This document shows positions 51,735 to 64,000 of a DNA stretch of 64,000 bases, in pieces. Numbering within the stretch: position 1 is the stretch's first letter; each line of letters begins with the position of its first letter. The translations under genes and the position numbers were made by a program. The stretch comes from Bispira polyomma (lineage: Eukaryota), in contig OZ287752.1 in assembly GCA_965649765.1 (NCBI GenBank), forward strand, positions 3,348,001-3,412,000. Reading direction: 5' to 3'. The notes under the pieces are model-generated. The model did not search any database. It saw only the letters and a program-made list of their open reading frames with translations, and was not told the DNA's origin.

Positions 51735-52588
51735 TGGGAATTCTAAATACCATATTTTAAATTACAAATTAACTATTTGGAATTCGAATTAGTGTATTTG
51801 GAATTTTAAATTTATGTTTGGAATTCAACATTGTTGTTCTCAATGATGTAATTTTTTTCTGGGGTAGCAAACCCTCCATCAAAATTATTTACAAGTGTGT
51901 TTCTCATATACAGTATGAGTTAGAAATGATTAAAGATACAATATACCAATACAGTTGAACCTTGCCTCAACACAAGACTGCTCCATGTTATCAGTAGTGC
52001 AAAGCAATCCAGTAAAACATATATTCACAAATATGCAAGTTGTATACTTTATAAATATATGTAGACATTAATCTTAATCAATATTAATCATACATTTACT
52101 GTGTGCAACCATATATCACAAAATATATATACTATCATTAGTATTTGGAGTAGTTTGGTAACGTTTTCAAATTTTTATTACATATATTTGTTTACTTGAT
52201 ACTGCTTATGATCGGTTTTGTGTCTTACCAAATTTTATGGAAAAACTCACTGATTAGTGAAAGTTATAATTCAAGACATTACTATAATATAAATATAACA
52301 TGTTTTTATAATAACTTTTTGATATTACACTGTACCAGGTAAAATTACTGTAACTATTACAATATTTCGTAAATCATTTTGAACAGTTTTCAGTCCAAAA
52401 ATCATATGCTTTAATCTATTTGGAATGCGAATTAGTGTATTTGGAATTCTAAACTTGTATTTGGAATTCAAAACACAAACATTTAGAATTCCAAATTTAC
52501 TATTGGGATATTTTGAATTCCACATTCACTATTTTGGAATTTTAAATAATACTAAATACTCTATTTGAAATTCTAAATTCCTGCTGTG
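51735..52588. repeat. Clusters of ttggaattc-type short repeats, probable DNA-transposon subterminal remnant
   Basis: ctatttggaat.cgaattagtgtatttggaatt.taaa at ~51773 and ~52416; right cluster ends cctgctgtg. Confidence 0.45.
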
Positions 52589-53239
52589 CAACAAAAAAAA
52601 ACCCGATAAAGCTGTATATTTTTAAAAAACCATTACATGTTTCAGTTTTATCGAAATATGTTTGACTTATTATTTTATAAATTTCATAGTCCCTCTGTCT
52701 GTGGAATAAAACTGCTTTTGAACCCCATGTTGTAACTTGTCTATCATATCTCACACCATGATATATAAAGAGCATAGTGTTAACCGTGATATTATGTGTA
52801 TTGCAATTACTATGTTTTGACGTCAATTGCATTCACTATGTTTTGACGTCAATTGCATTCACCATGTTTGTTGTCAATGTGTATATAATATTTTTTAGAA
52901 ACTAAATTAAAGCAATATTTAAAGTTATTTGCTCAAGTCATTATTATTTCATCCATTTGCTAATCCAATTTTTCTAAACACATACCGTCACAAAAATGTC
53001 AAATTTCCTGCATGGCATATTCCCATTCTGCTGCATTTTGTTGTTTCCAGAAGCTGTATTACCTGAATTCTATAAAGACTGTCATATAGTTTTACAGATA
53101 ACCTAAACAAAATTATTACAATGATCGAGGCAGAACAGTTGGTTACAGAAAATACTTTTAAAACAACTGCGCAATTCCATTATGAATTGCATAATAGCGA
53201 ATTAACATTTTTTATTGTTTCTTTTTATGCCTACAAAAA

Positions 53240-53915
53240 ACATCACTCAACTGAAAGTGTGCTCTTATACATATGTAATGACATGGGGACTTGATCTTGA
53301 CAAAGGTAGAATAACTGTTCTGACACTGCTGGACCTTTCGATACCATTGATCACAACATATTAAAGGACACTTCAAGAACTTTGTTTGGCATTGAAGGCA
53401 CTAGTCAATCCAGAATCACTTATGCAGAGCTGTCTGCCGTGTTGGATCTCGTGTCAGTACGCCTCCTTTTTTCAAAAGGCTCCATTGGCTACTTGTCAAG
53501 TGCCGCATCATTTTGAAGACCAATGTTACTACATACAAAGCTGTAAACCTTTGTCAGCCCCCAATATCTTGCCTCATTGTTGCCTTTCAGCAGGCTTACC
53601 AAGTGGAAACATTATTTTAGTCTGCTATTAGAACCGCTAAATGGATTGCATCCTGTGCCTTTTATGTTGCAGCAACAATTCTATGGAATAATCTACCAAC
53701 AACTAGATGATCCCAGGAAATTCTCTCTGGCTTTAGAAGTAACCTTAAGACCAATCTATTCACCCCGCTTACCCTCCATAAAAGTAACCTTAAGACCCAT
53801 CTATTCACCCCGCTTACCCTCCATAAAAGTAACCTTAAGACCCATCTATTCACCCGCTTACCCTCCATAGAAGTAACCTTAAGACCCATCTATTCACCCC
53901 GCTGACCCTCCTTAG
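53240..53915 (+). mobile_element. L2 LINE fragments ending in a 45-bp tandem repeat (4 copies, ~53735-53915)
   Basis: VLTLLDL..DTIDHNIL; LHWLLV..ILK; LWNNLP; agtaaccttaagacccatctattcacc..cttaccctccat x4 (LKTHLF region). Confidence 0.8.
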
Positions 53916-55748
53916 ATTTCCTTCTCCTCCAAGTCACTCCCGATTGCAAATTTGCATTGTAAAAAACTACCATTTTAACATCTTTATCATTAATTTTGCA
54001 CTTTAAAAGATTCCTGGTATTATGATAATAATTCTTTAGGATTACTTTCTCAGTCTGGCCTGCGACTATATTAGTCCTAAACTAAGCAATTAATAACATT
54101 CGATAATCTAATTGATGTGTAAATATGAAACACAAAATCAGTTGTATATTCAGCAATAAGCTGTTCTTATATTATCTTATATTAATGTATATTAAGTATA
54201 TGAGTATTTACAAGCTGTGTTTGTGTATTTACCAGATGAGAGTGTAATAAAAAGTCTATCTATCTCCCCCATCTATCTTCCCAACTATCTCACCATCTAT
54301 CTAATTAAATGTTAGCTATAAAAAGCAATGAAACTAGATGCAAATGTTTGTTGGAAATGTCATATGTACAGTGCACAACTTCTATAGTGAATAGTGTGAA
54401 CTCACAGATGTTACACATTAAATTTGGACATAAGCACATATACTATAAAAAGGTCCAAAGAGAATATATTTTTCACATTTTATCAATTTTTTTTATATTA
54501 CTGATTTTATAAAGCAACAGCACAAATTGTAAAGTCATCTCACAAATGTATGGTGAATTGAATACCTGTATATCTTAAGGATTCTAACAGTTGTATTGTA
54601 TGTTTCTGTTATATTTGGCAGTTCTGACTACTGCCATTTCTGCTTACTCATTGTTAGAATTTCTGCTTGATGAGATAGTTGAATTTAGTCATTCCTATTC
54701 AACAACATTTTGCTTTGGCCACTTGCTAAAACCAATTGTTATGACCAGGATAGAGGTTTATTATTCTGAGTTAATTAATTAAGGAACTGATGATGATTAC
54801 AAAATAAATATAATTATGTGTTTCAAATGATTAGGCTTTGACCACACTGACTTTTTGTTGGAGGTTATTGATGAAAAGTTTGGCGAAATTTGTAAATAAT
54901 ATGTTGCAAAATATAACATAGAAAAACTGTCATACTTTGTGCATGTGGTCAAAAGTAGACAAATACCCACATAAAATAGCATAAACTGATAAATGGAGGA
55001 CCATAGGCTCAGGGTAAAACAAAAAACATTGAAAAAAATGAAGTGAATGAAGCAAGCTTCCCTAAAATGTACCTGATAATTCCGCAGTATTGTTACAATT
55101 ATTCTAAAAGTAAGAAATATAGATATAATTTACGTCATGTTTATTAAGTTTGATTAATTTGCTGACCCACAGCAGACACACTCTTCCAAGCTCTGTTGAT
55201 GGTACCTCTGGTGAGAGTAATACAGAGGACCGATGGAGGCAACGCTACTTAAACGTTTTTAACTCAAACCAATATACTTTGACCCTACTGTTTTCTGTGT
55301 CCTTGATGTCACAATTCTTGTGCAGTACCTAAATCTAAAGTTAGTGAATGTATTGATAAATTATCTTATTGCTGAACATTTGAAGAAATACTCATTTACA
55401 TTTTATTATCTCAATGTGTTTTTCTGCAATGTTTGTATCTTCTTACCAAAATGATTTCTGGACTTCTTGTACCTGTAACTAAAAATAAGTGCTAAACTGA
55501 GCAGTATGACAACTTACGTCCTATTGGTATAAGCCCTATCATGTCTAAACTGTTTGAATATATTTTATTATCTAGATTAGAGACTTATCTAGAAACTTCG
55601 GACAACCAGTTTGGTTTTAAAAATCATAGTTTCACTGATATGTGTATTTTTCTTCCCAAAGAGATTCTTCAGTATTATAAAAAAATAATGCAACTAGTAC
55701 ATTTATAACATTTCTTGATGCTTCCAAAGCTTTTGACAGGTAAGCTAT

Positions 55749-55967
55749 CATATCATATATCAGACTTTTTTTAGCGCTTATTTTCGTTGTAAGAAATTCT
55801 AAGGCGCAAAAACCACAGCCAGAGTCGAAAAACATAGGTGATAGACAGAAGGAAGTCGTCATCAATGCGTCCACCGAGAACAGGAAAGAGACTATGGAGG
55901 GAATGCATCATTGAACAGATAGGTCTTTAAACTGCGCCAGAAGGAATACAGGGACGGAGTTGTCTGT
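55749..55967 (-). mobile_element. 5'-truncated L2 insertion with 9-bp TSD
   Basis: TSD gtaagctat (55740-55748, 55968-55976); minus strand reads LKTYLFNDAFPP* then gcgccttaga..aagcgcta and a short tgata tail. Confidence 0.85.
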
Positions 55968-56442
55968 GTAAGCTATGGAATACTTCAACAATGTCTTTCT
56001 GAACGCAATGTGTGACTGTACATTGTCAGAATCTTGCATTACTTGTATGATAACCAGAAACTTTGTGTAGGCTGGGGCTTTACTATATCTGATTTATTTA
56101 CAACATCTAATGGTGTGCGCCAATCTTGACGCCCTTATTATTTAATGTCTATGTCAACAGATTAAGTGTAAAGATGAATTCCGTAGAAATAGGCTGCTTG
56201 TTCAATGGTTATATTATCAACTGATGATATTGTTGTTCTTGCCCCGTCTGTTAAAGGCCCACAATCACTTGTTAATGTCTGCTATACATTTGGCAAAAAT
56301 AATGATATTATTCTTAATGAGAGTAAGACTGTGTGTGTGAAAATACTGAGCATTTAAGAGACATGTGACATCTTTTCCTGCAGTTTCTCTAGGTGAGCGA
56401 GAAATCATAACTGTAAACAAATACCAGTATCTTGGACATTAT

Positions 56443-56692
56443 GGGGCCGCGGTGGCCTAGTGGTTAGCAAGCATTGCACTTCACAATCACTGGTCTCTCA
56501 CCTCTGGGCGGCGTGAGTTCGAATCCCGTTGATGCCTATGTGGGAAAGGTGGTAGTTCCTTACTGTGGGCCGCTGGTTTCTCTGCAGAACCTTGACCGAC
56601 TGTATGCAGTGTTTCCTCCAGCGTTTTGAACTACCCATCCCAATATAACCTACTAAAAGGTACTAGAGCGGACGTTAAATATCCAAATTCAA
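56443..56692 (+). mobile_element. tRNA-derived SINE (family A), full length, 14-bp TSD
   Basis: TSD atcttggacattat (56429-56442, 56693-56706); A and B boxes; tail gacgttaaatatccaaattcaa. Confidence 0.95.
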
Positions 56693-57080
56693 ATCTTGGA
56701 CATTATATCACTGAAAATTTGAGTGATGATGAGGACATTAAGGATACAACTGGAGCTATTTATGCTAGAGAAAATATGTTTGGGTCGTATTTTTAAAAAC
56801 TATTCATTTGAGGTAAAACATGTTCTTTTTAGAAGTTATATGTTTAATGTCTAGTGTTGCTCTTTATGGAGTATATTCTCTTAAAGTGTGTTTAAATAGT
56901 TAACTACTTATAATAACAACAGCTTCAGAGTTTTGTTCAATTATCCAAAATTTTGTGGTGCAGCTCAAATGTTTCTAGCGCATGGTATTCCTTCTTTCAA
57001 GGAAGTTATGAGAATAAGTTGTGGCAGAATATTAGCAGCCAGAAACCTTTTTTCTGAAGAACTATTATTTGTGCTAGTGG

Positions 57081-57227
57081 TAGGTGGTAGTTCCTTGCTG
57101 TGGGCTGCTGGTTTCAGTGCAGAATCTTGATCAACTGTATGCAGTGTTTCCTCCAGCCTGTCCAACTATCCGTCCCAATATAACCTAAACAGGTACTAGA
57201 GTGGATGTTAAATATCCCAATTCAAAT
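57081..57227 (+). mobile_element. SINE family A, 5'-truncated and more diverged
   Basis: Aligns with the 3' ~150 bp of 56443-56692. Confidence 0.88.
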
Positions 57228-58035
57228 TCTTTCAGCTGGTCTTTATAAGAGTCTGGAAGATTCTGTTAATATGCTGTCAATATGGACTGGATTTATCTCC
57301 TTTATGTTGCACAGTGATGTAGTGTGTAGGTATAATGATGCTGGTAGTTGCCTAAATACTATTTGTTGTTATACTAGCTGTTGATTGGGATGTGAAACAC
57401 AAATTTTGAACTTTAAACTCATCGTTGGTTTATCATATGAACTTATTTTGTATGTTGGACTGATCTGGATGAATATTTGCCGTGGACAATTTATATATTA
57501 TGCCATTTGTATATCATGAAGTATATTTTGTGTGAACTATTATTGTTTTTGTATATTTTGTATTGATGTGTATGAAAGAGTATGTAATGTGTGAAAGAGA
57601 GAGGTTTGTTGGTCTGAATATTTACATGTTGTGTCTGTAATATAATTTAAAAAATTATATATAAATATATTCTTAAAATATTTTAAGTGCGTAATAAATA
57701 AACTTAAAATTAATCGCGTTTGAGTTTTACTTGTCCTTAATCAGAACTCTTTGACACAATGTATATACAGACTACCTAAACATTTATAATACTATGGGGC
57801 CACTGTAAATAGTTAAGTTCACCTTAATAGGTTTTTTTAAAAATTTAAGCTTCAACAATTACACAATAGAAGATACAAAGTACTAATATACTAAAATATT
57901 GGGTTCATTTGTGTGTATGTTACAAATAATCTATACTTGTTATCTCGCCACACCATATAATCACTCCAGCATTTTATAGTAAGTATAGCTTCCCTAAACT
58001 CACCTGACCTAGCTAAGCCTTTGCAAGAACCATTA

Positions 58036-58248
58036 TTTACACAATCACCATGAATCACTTCGTAGATGATCACGCACCCGTAAATTTGATGTACTATGGA
58101 TAATTTCTGGGGTAAACAAAGTTTTGAATTTTCCGTTATTCTTTGGAAACATCCATTCAAAGCGTTCCATGTTTACCCCAAAGATTACCCACAATACATC
58201 AAATTGGCGGGTGCATGACCGTCTACGAAGTGATCCATGCTTATGTGC
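58036..58248. repeat. Foldback palindrome (MITE-like), ~80-bp arms
   Basis: catgaatcacttcgtagatgatcacgcaccc..ggggtaaaca / tgtttacccc..gggtgcatgaccgtctacgaagtgatccatg. Confidence 0.75.
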
Positions 58249-60420
58249 CTCGCCAAGGGCCTCGTTACCATTATTTTACCCATCTAGCAGGTCTGTCAAA
58301 TCTTGAGGGCCCAGGAAACCTATCAACATAACCCTCCATACTTTTGTCTGCACTGCTATCTTCAAGCTGCTCATTAAAATGGACATTGGTAGTAATACTG
58401 ATGACATACCTATTTGCTGGCCAGTTGGTAGGCTATGTTAAAGTGTAACAATGATGCACATAATTCTTGATATTTACTTCCTTGGTTCCTTTATATAGGG
58501 GTTGGGCTGAGATTGTGTAAAAATATGCACTTCATATGTTATGTTCTATGCTTTAATTGCTTTGTGTTTTAGGCACATTGAATTGAAAGTCAAAGGGATG
58601 TGCCCTTAAAATATCTTGTTTAGTTTGGATTTAGTTTTTTACTTTGTGGCAATACATATTATGTGTAAATTATAATATATTTTAATGACCCTGTTTAGCC
58701 CAGCTGACCAAATTAAGATATCAATGAAGTATCAGTTCACGTTGTTTTCAAGTAGGCAGGTAGCCAGATAACAGATGCGTATAGGCAAGGTCACGGAGTA
58801 AGCTGAGGTTATTGAAGCCTGGATCAATATGCTCACAGGATGACTTTTAATTACAAATTAAGAACAACAAAATTTACTTCAATATGTATATTATAAATCA
58901 ATAAGTGTACATATAACTATAGAGTATAATAAACCAAAACTAACAACATAAATCTCCCAAGTTCTGTGAGCTGACAAAAATTTAAGACCACTGTGTGGCA
59001 CGTGTCTATATAAGTAATTATTAATTAGGATATCTCACAACTGAAAAATACAAAAAGCTGTAAGAACTGTCAAAAACATTAGGTTTTGTTGATAAACAAA
59101 AAGGTAGGGAAACCCCCAATCTGACAATAATTAACAAGTCAATAGGAAAACCTCCGTTAAATTAGATAAAAGTAACACACAATATTTGAATACATTAATG
59201 GAATAATTTACGAGATTGGATCCGAAAAGAATGAACCAAATAGGAATTAATGGAATATTATAACAATAAATCAGAGAAATGGATGTAACTTCCATTGGAC
59301 CAGCTAAGACACTGCTTAATAACATCTAACAGAGCCTTATAGATATCAAACGAAGAGCTTCGAGATGTGAATCTACTGTTTCTGGAAGAAAAAGCACCCA
59401 CAATGCATTGTTCGGCTCCTAAAACGGTCCGAACACTGCTTGGAGCACACCGCCTAAATGATTAACAACTCCGATAGATTTACATAGAAAAGGATGACAT
59501 CATCACAAGATGCGGATCTCGCTTCCGAGAAAACATTATAAAACAGATGAAAATGCTGCGATTTAGTGAATGACAATCTAATTTAAAAATAAAATATTAG
59601 GATATACGTAACACACAAGCAATTAAACAAATCTCGCTTTTTTACTGCCATTAATAAGAGATATATTGAAGCCATGAGTCCCCAATTAGTATTCATAGAC
59701 TTTGATAAAAGATATATGCTATTTTACGATGCCCAATATGTGATTGTTGTAGATGCAAACATTAACAACAATTATAACTTAGTGCCATAACCACCTCTTT
59801 AATAATGAAGGAACAGTAAAATATATTTAAAATGTGCTCAGAATTACCTACTGTAAATATCTCGTACATGAGAACCCCAAAGGTCAAGCCCCCTGAAGCC
59901 TTGCTAGGAGTCTCACAGTGTTCTAGGACTTCTGGGGCCTTCCACTGGACAGGGACTGATAACTTGAGAAAGAGGAATAACAGTGTTTATACTTAGTACT
60001 AGTAAAATTGTTTTCTGAGGAATATGTTACTGATAAATTGATATTCTAGAACATAGTTTATTTGTCTACTCCAGTGTTAGTCTGATTGGACAGCAAAAAT
60101 ACCGAATGGTCACATACATAATTTAAATAATAATTAAATTATATTAATAAACATTGAAGATGTTAGATATGGAATAAAGTACTAAAACTCATATGCTTTT
60201 CAAAAGATTGCATTTGTTCTTGGTTGAATTAATGCACTCAGACAGTCCGGCTTTTTGACGTTAATTCCATCCCATCGATCGTTTATAAGGCACACTAAAA
60301 ACCTTGTATTCCTATGGTAACACACAAATATTTTGTTTAATATACATGTCACTTGTACTTGGTATTTATGTTTTGTTAAATGAAATACCACAAAGTACAC
60401 AAACTTCACAGTATAGTGAT

Positions 60421-60740
60421 GGTTCCACATTCAAGTTTGATTGGCAAAATGCGCCCGACTTTAAAGTCGGGACGGTCGGGGGCAAAAAGTCGATAAAATC
60501 CATTTTTTAGGCGGGAAAATTAAACTGTTTCCCGACTTTGCCAATTGAACTGATTGCACCTCGTTTTGACGGGACCTCGAACCCGATCGAACTTTAAGGT
60601 CTTACTATTTTCAACTCCTAGGTTCCCCGACCTTTCTGACCATGGTAGGTTCGAACTCATTGGTGATAGAATCTGACGTATCGCTCCAAGATCGAAAGGA
60701 AGGTCAATAGGATCTGACAGATTGGTGATCCAATAAATAA
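60421..60740. mobile_element. Truncated relative of the 37006-37822 element
   Basis: ggttccacattcaagtttgattggcaaaatg..aaagtcgggacggtcgggggcaaaaa matches the reverse complement of ~37710-37818. Confidence 0.8.
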
Positions 60741-60899
60741 AAATAAACAAAAACAATAATATAAAGGTTTAAGATTATTATCAATATATGTCTCCTTCTT
60801 TCGTTTTTTTTATATAATATCTTCCTTTGAGCCAAAAAAAAAAATCAATCTACAGGTCATTGTGTCATATATGTTTTTGCTCTAAACATCTGCAAATAG

Positions 60900-61685
60900 G
60901 TTTTAAAGTTCTTTCCAGCAACTCTCCTTGGTAATAGCACTCTTCCAGTCGAGAGTTCCAAACACCTGGGAGTCAATTTTGACTTTGATTTCTCCTTTAA
61001 AAATGATGTTTTATACATCCGTCGATCCTGCTACTGCAACATCCGTGACTTTTGTAGGATTCATCGGCACCTAAGTCTGGAGAATGCTGTGGCAGTTGCA
61101 AATGCCCTGGGGTCAAGTCGACTTGATTACTGCAACTAATTACTATATGGAATTGGACAGGGGCAAATAAAGAAGCTGCAAACAATTCGAAACAAATTGC
61201 AGGGATGTATGCCGTGCTGGTCTACGCTCACACACAACACCTCTGCTTAAAAGATTGCACTGGCTTTAAAGAAAATGTCTTGATTTTTAAGGCTGTCCTG
61301 GTGCAGCAGCCTACCTACTCATTATCTATGTTGTCTCTCAGCAATCTAACATGCCAAAATCATCTCACCACCCCTGGTTTCTTACCCAAAAAAACTTGCT
61401 GGTTCAAAATCATTCAAAGTTGCAGCACCTGGCCAGTAGAATAGTCTCCCTAACTAGTCTTCACACTCAGACAAGGATTACAGGCTTCAGGAAAAAGCTA
61501 AAAACACAACTGTAGCAACTTGCTTTTTCGCTGTTAACCCTTTTCCGCCTTAACATTTTTCTACTGGTCATGACTGAACTCTGATCACAAACCTTTTCTC
61601 CTATTGGACTATTCTTTTGTATACGGATTAGGATGTGTGCCACAGAGGATGCCTGGTCATCTACTGTGGCACTGTAGAAGTAAAA
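60900..61685 (+). mobile_element. L2 LINE 3' fragment, decayed
   Basis: LGVNFD; ANALGSSRLDYCN*LLYG..KKLQTI; HTTPLLKRLHWL; FRKKLKTQL. Confidence 0.85.
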
Positions 61686-63168
61686 ACATTAACATATGTG
61701 GTTATTAATTGGTTAACTATAATGTGGTCATGACATCTGGTTGTTTGGTTATTATGGCTATTGAGAAATATATGTGCAAAGTAATGTTAATTAGGTCTTC
61801 TAATATGAATTACTTACATAGGTTACCAACACATCTTAGTAAAACTATTTACACATCATATTCCTATTAATAACACTACTAGTGTTATTATAAACCCAAA
61901 CCAAATACCACTAACAATTACCAGTTCTACTATCTAATTTTCTTATACATACTATGTAATATGTCTTATAAGGTCCCTTGTATTTTGAGACATCCACAAA
62001 TCAATCAGGATCATATTCATGTTCAAAAGCCAGCTTATATGTCATCAATGATATCTCTCAGCAATTCCACCAGAGGAAATTGTCTTTCCACTTGTAACTT
62101 TTTACCCCCAAGAAAGCACACAATTTAAAAAAAATAACTCTAAAGCATGCTTTATATAATTTATAGTCATATCACCTTCTAAATAGAATAGTGTCCCTGT
62201 CGATATTTATACTGAAACAAAGATCAATGATACGCTTACACCAAACAAAAAATTCAAAACCTCTCTGTCTTAACGTGCTCATGCGCCATAGTATACGTCT
62301 GTTGTTTGTGACTGGACTATTTGATCATGAAGCTTTACCTTCTATTGTGAAACTGTTTGTTGAATCTTGACTAAGATATATGCCACAGAAGATACAACAA
62401 TTATGGGACTATACAAGCCTAACAACGACATAACATAACCATTAATTTCAGGCGCTGTTACAGTTTTGGGATGCCGCCATTTTGTATAACAGGCATATAT
62501 GATGAACTAATTAGGGGGTGCAGCTTTATTGATAATATTCACGAAATATATATATCTTGTTTTATCAGTGTTAATGTTATATGTTCCTTTTATTTGTGGT
62601 TAATATATTTGTCTGTTTTTACAGAAAAGATTATTAATTAAATGCTCATATCTCAATAAAATAGCTATACCAGACTTACACAAAGTGGCCTAGCTTCACC
62701 TTATTTCGACCTGCCTTTTTAAAAGGCTATTCTTGTTACATCTGTTGCGTTACACACTTGTGGACTCGCCACACCTGTTTATTAAATCTTTGCATTATGC
62801 ATGGATCTCTATACACTTTATTTTACTTTTAGTGGCCTCAGTGTTTGGGTCATGACATCAATAATGTACCAATCCAAGAGATTTCTGTTTCTAGAATTTC
62901 TTTTCCCCAATCTTTCCAATCTCTTATTACAGCTACATAGTCGGGGATGGATTAATATTTGAAGAAGTAGTTAAATATATGTGAACATTATGGAAAGTGT
63001 TGAGTACGACTATTAGCCAGATGAGCAAAAGACCTGTGATTTACAGAAAGCTTGACCAACTGACCTATGCTAGGACCAAGCATCAAACTCAGATTGAAGA
63101 TGTTGAAGGAGGGGTATTTTACTTCTACCTTAGCCACAGAGTTAGGTTATATTGAAGCTGTTTTAATA

Positions 63169-63313
63169 ATGCACACATATAGTGATACTCTTTAGTTAAT
63201 CATTATTTCATCGTGCACACATATAGTGATACTGTTCAGTAAATCATTCTTTCATTATGCACACATATAGTGATACTGTTCCGTCAGTCATTCTTTCATC
63301 ATGCACACATATA
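63169..63313. repeat. Tandem repeat, ~44-bp unit, ~3.3 copies
   Basis: tgcacacatatagtgatact..tcatt.tttcat repeated. Confidence 0.85.
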
Positions 63314-63719
63314 AATCCGGCATATATTTAAGCCTTTTTATCATGAAATTGTGTTTATTTAGATACAGTCTCAAATCTTGGTCACAAAACTACACACAGA
63401 GGTCAATCAGTTCCTTAATTCAAATTGATTCCCAAAACCATCAAAGGAGAGGATACACAATTTTAGGGAATGCATTATTTTCTTTACACCAGCGACAGAG
63501 CGGTTTCCATAAACAAAATTAACAAATCTGACACGGCACCTATAACGCACCAAAAAGAATCATGTTTCTATTTAGTTATTGGTTGTATTATTTAATTTTT
63601 TAAATAATAATATTTAATGTAAAAAAGTGCTTATAGCTTGGCCATAAGTTATAATATACTGTGTACGGATGATTGGAATCATTAATTTCACCCACAGTCT
63701 AAATAGAAAGATGATATTT

Positions 63720-63935
63720 TTATGTTTAAGGTGCCGTATCAGACTTGTCAAGTTTTGCGAATGGTAACTGGTTTCTAGGTTTTACTTTGCTTTCAACAGT
63801 TTTGGATCATATCACTAAGACCAGATTTAATGGTGGAAGAAAGTAATACTGAAAACACTGTGTAAACCACCGACCTACAGCAAGTACCTGACAAACTTTC
63901 CAACATGAAAGATCAAACAGGCTTCGAACCCACGA
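63720..63935 (-). mobile_element. tRNA-derived SINE (family B), 5' end missing
   Basis: Minus strand: gggttcgaagcc (B-box-like), gaaagtttgtcaggtacttgctgtaggtcggtggttt core, tail ending ccttaaac. Confidence 0.65.
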
Positions 63936-64000
63936 TGTATAAATAGGTCATTATATTAACGCTTCAATATTACTAAATATGTATCTTAAACAAATAAGTT

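Larger units (their letters stand above)
55170..57620 (+). mobile_element. Decayed LINE ORF2, probably RTEX-like, carrying three younger insertions
   Basis: LPSSVDG..W; RPIGISPIMSKLFEYI..DNQFGFK; FLDASKAFD; SNGVRQ; DDIVVLAPS; YQYLGHYITENLSDDEDI..IYAREN. Confidence 0.8.

Noticed and set aside
56443-56530. tRNA gene (also 51350-51438)
   Set aside because: A/B boxes present but anticodon region is expanded and it continues into a repeated body with TSD, so it is a SINE head
58440-59615. Possible LTR-like segment ending gtaaca
   Set aside because: No defined 5' end or TSD

Overview
AT-rich animal (probably invertebrate) genomic DNA made mostly of nested, decayed transposable elements. No prokaryotic genes and no CRISPR array. 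Two host loci were reconstructed by hand, both on the minus strand: an apparently intact 4-exon, 364-aa Golgi carbohydrate sulfotransferase (Sulfotransfer_2/CHST8-14 family, 25584-28472) and a galactose-3-O-sulfotransferase-like pseudogene (~50.3-51.7 kb). Mobile DNA: an intron-containing pogo-type transposase whose C-terminal PHD finger is split by a deleted Mutator-like element; an L2/CR1-group LINE whose ORF starts with a signal-peptide-like leader and a 2A-like motif; a long I-group LINE with RNase H; two solo LTRs of one family with intact 4-bp TSDs; a structurally complete split-direct-repeat tyrosine-recombinase retrotransposon (Ngaro/PAT type, 43517-49025) with an unexplained 580-bp spacer; L2, L1/Tx1 and RTEX-like fragments; tRNA-derived SINEs; several MITEs; and a cluster of minisatellites. 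One assembly gap (28510-28655). Family names come from motif recognition by eye, not database searches. Boundaries without TSD/TIR support are approximate. I found no clearly new biological system; the best candidates for follow-up are the leader+2A LINE and the Ngaro spacer.
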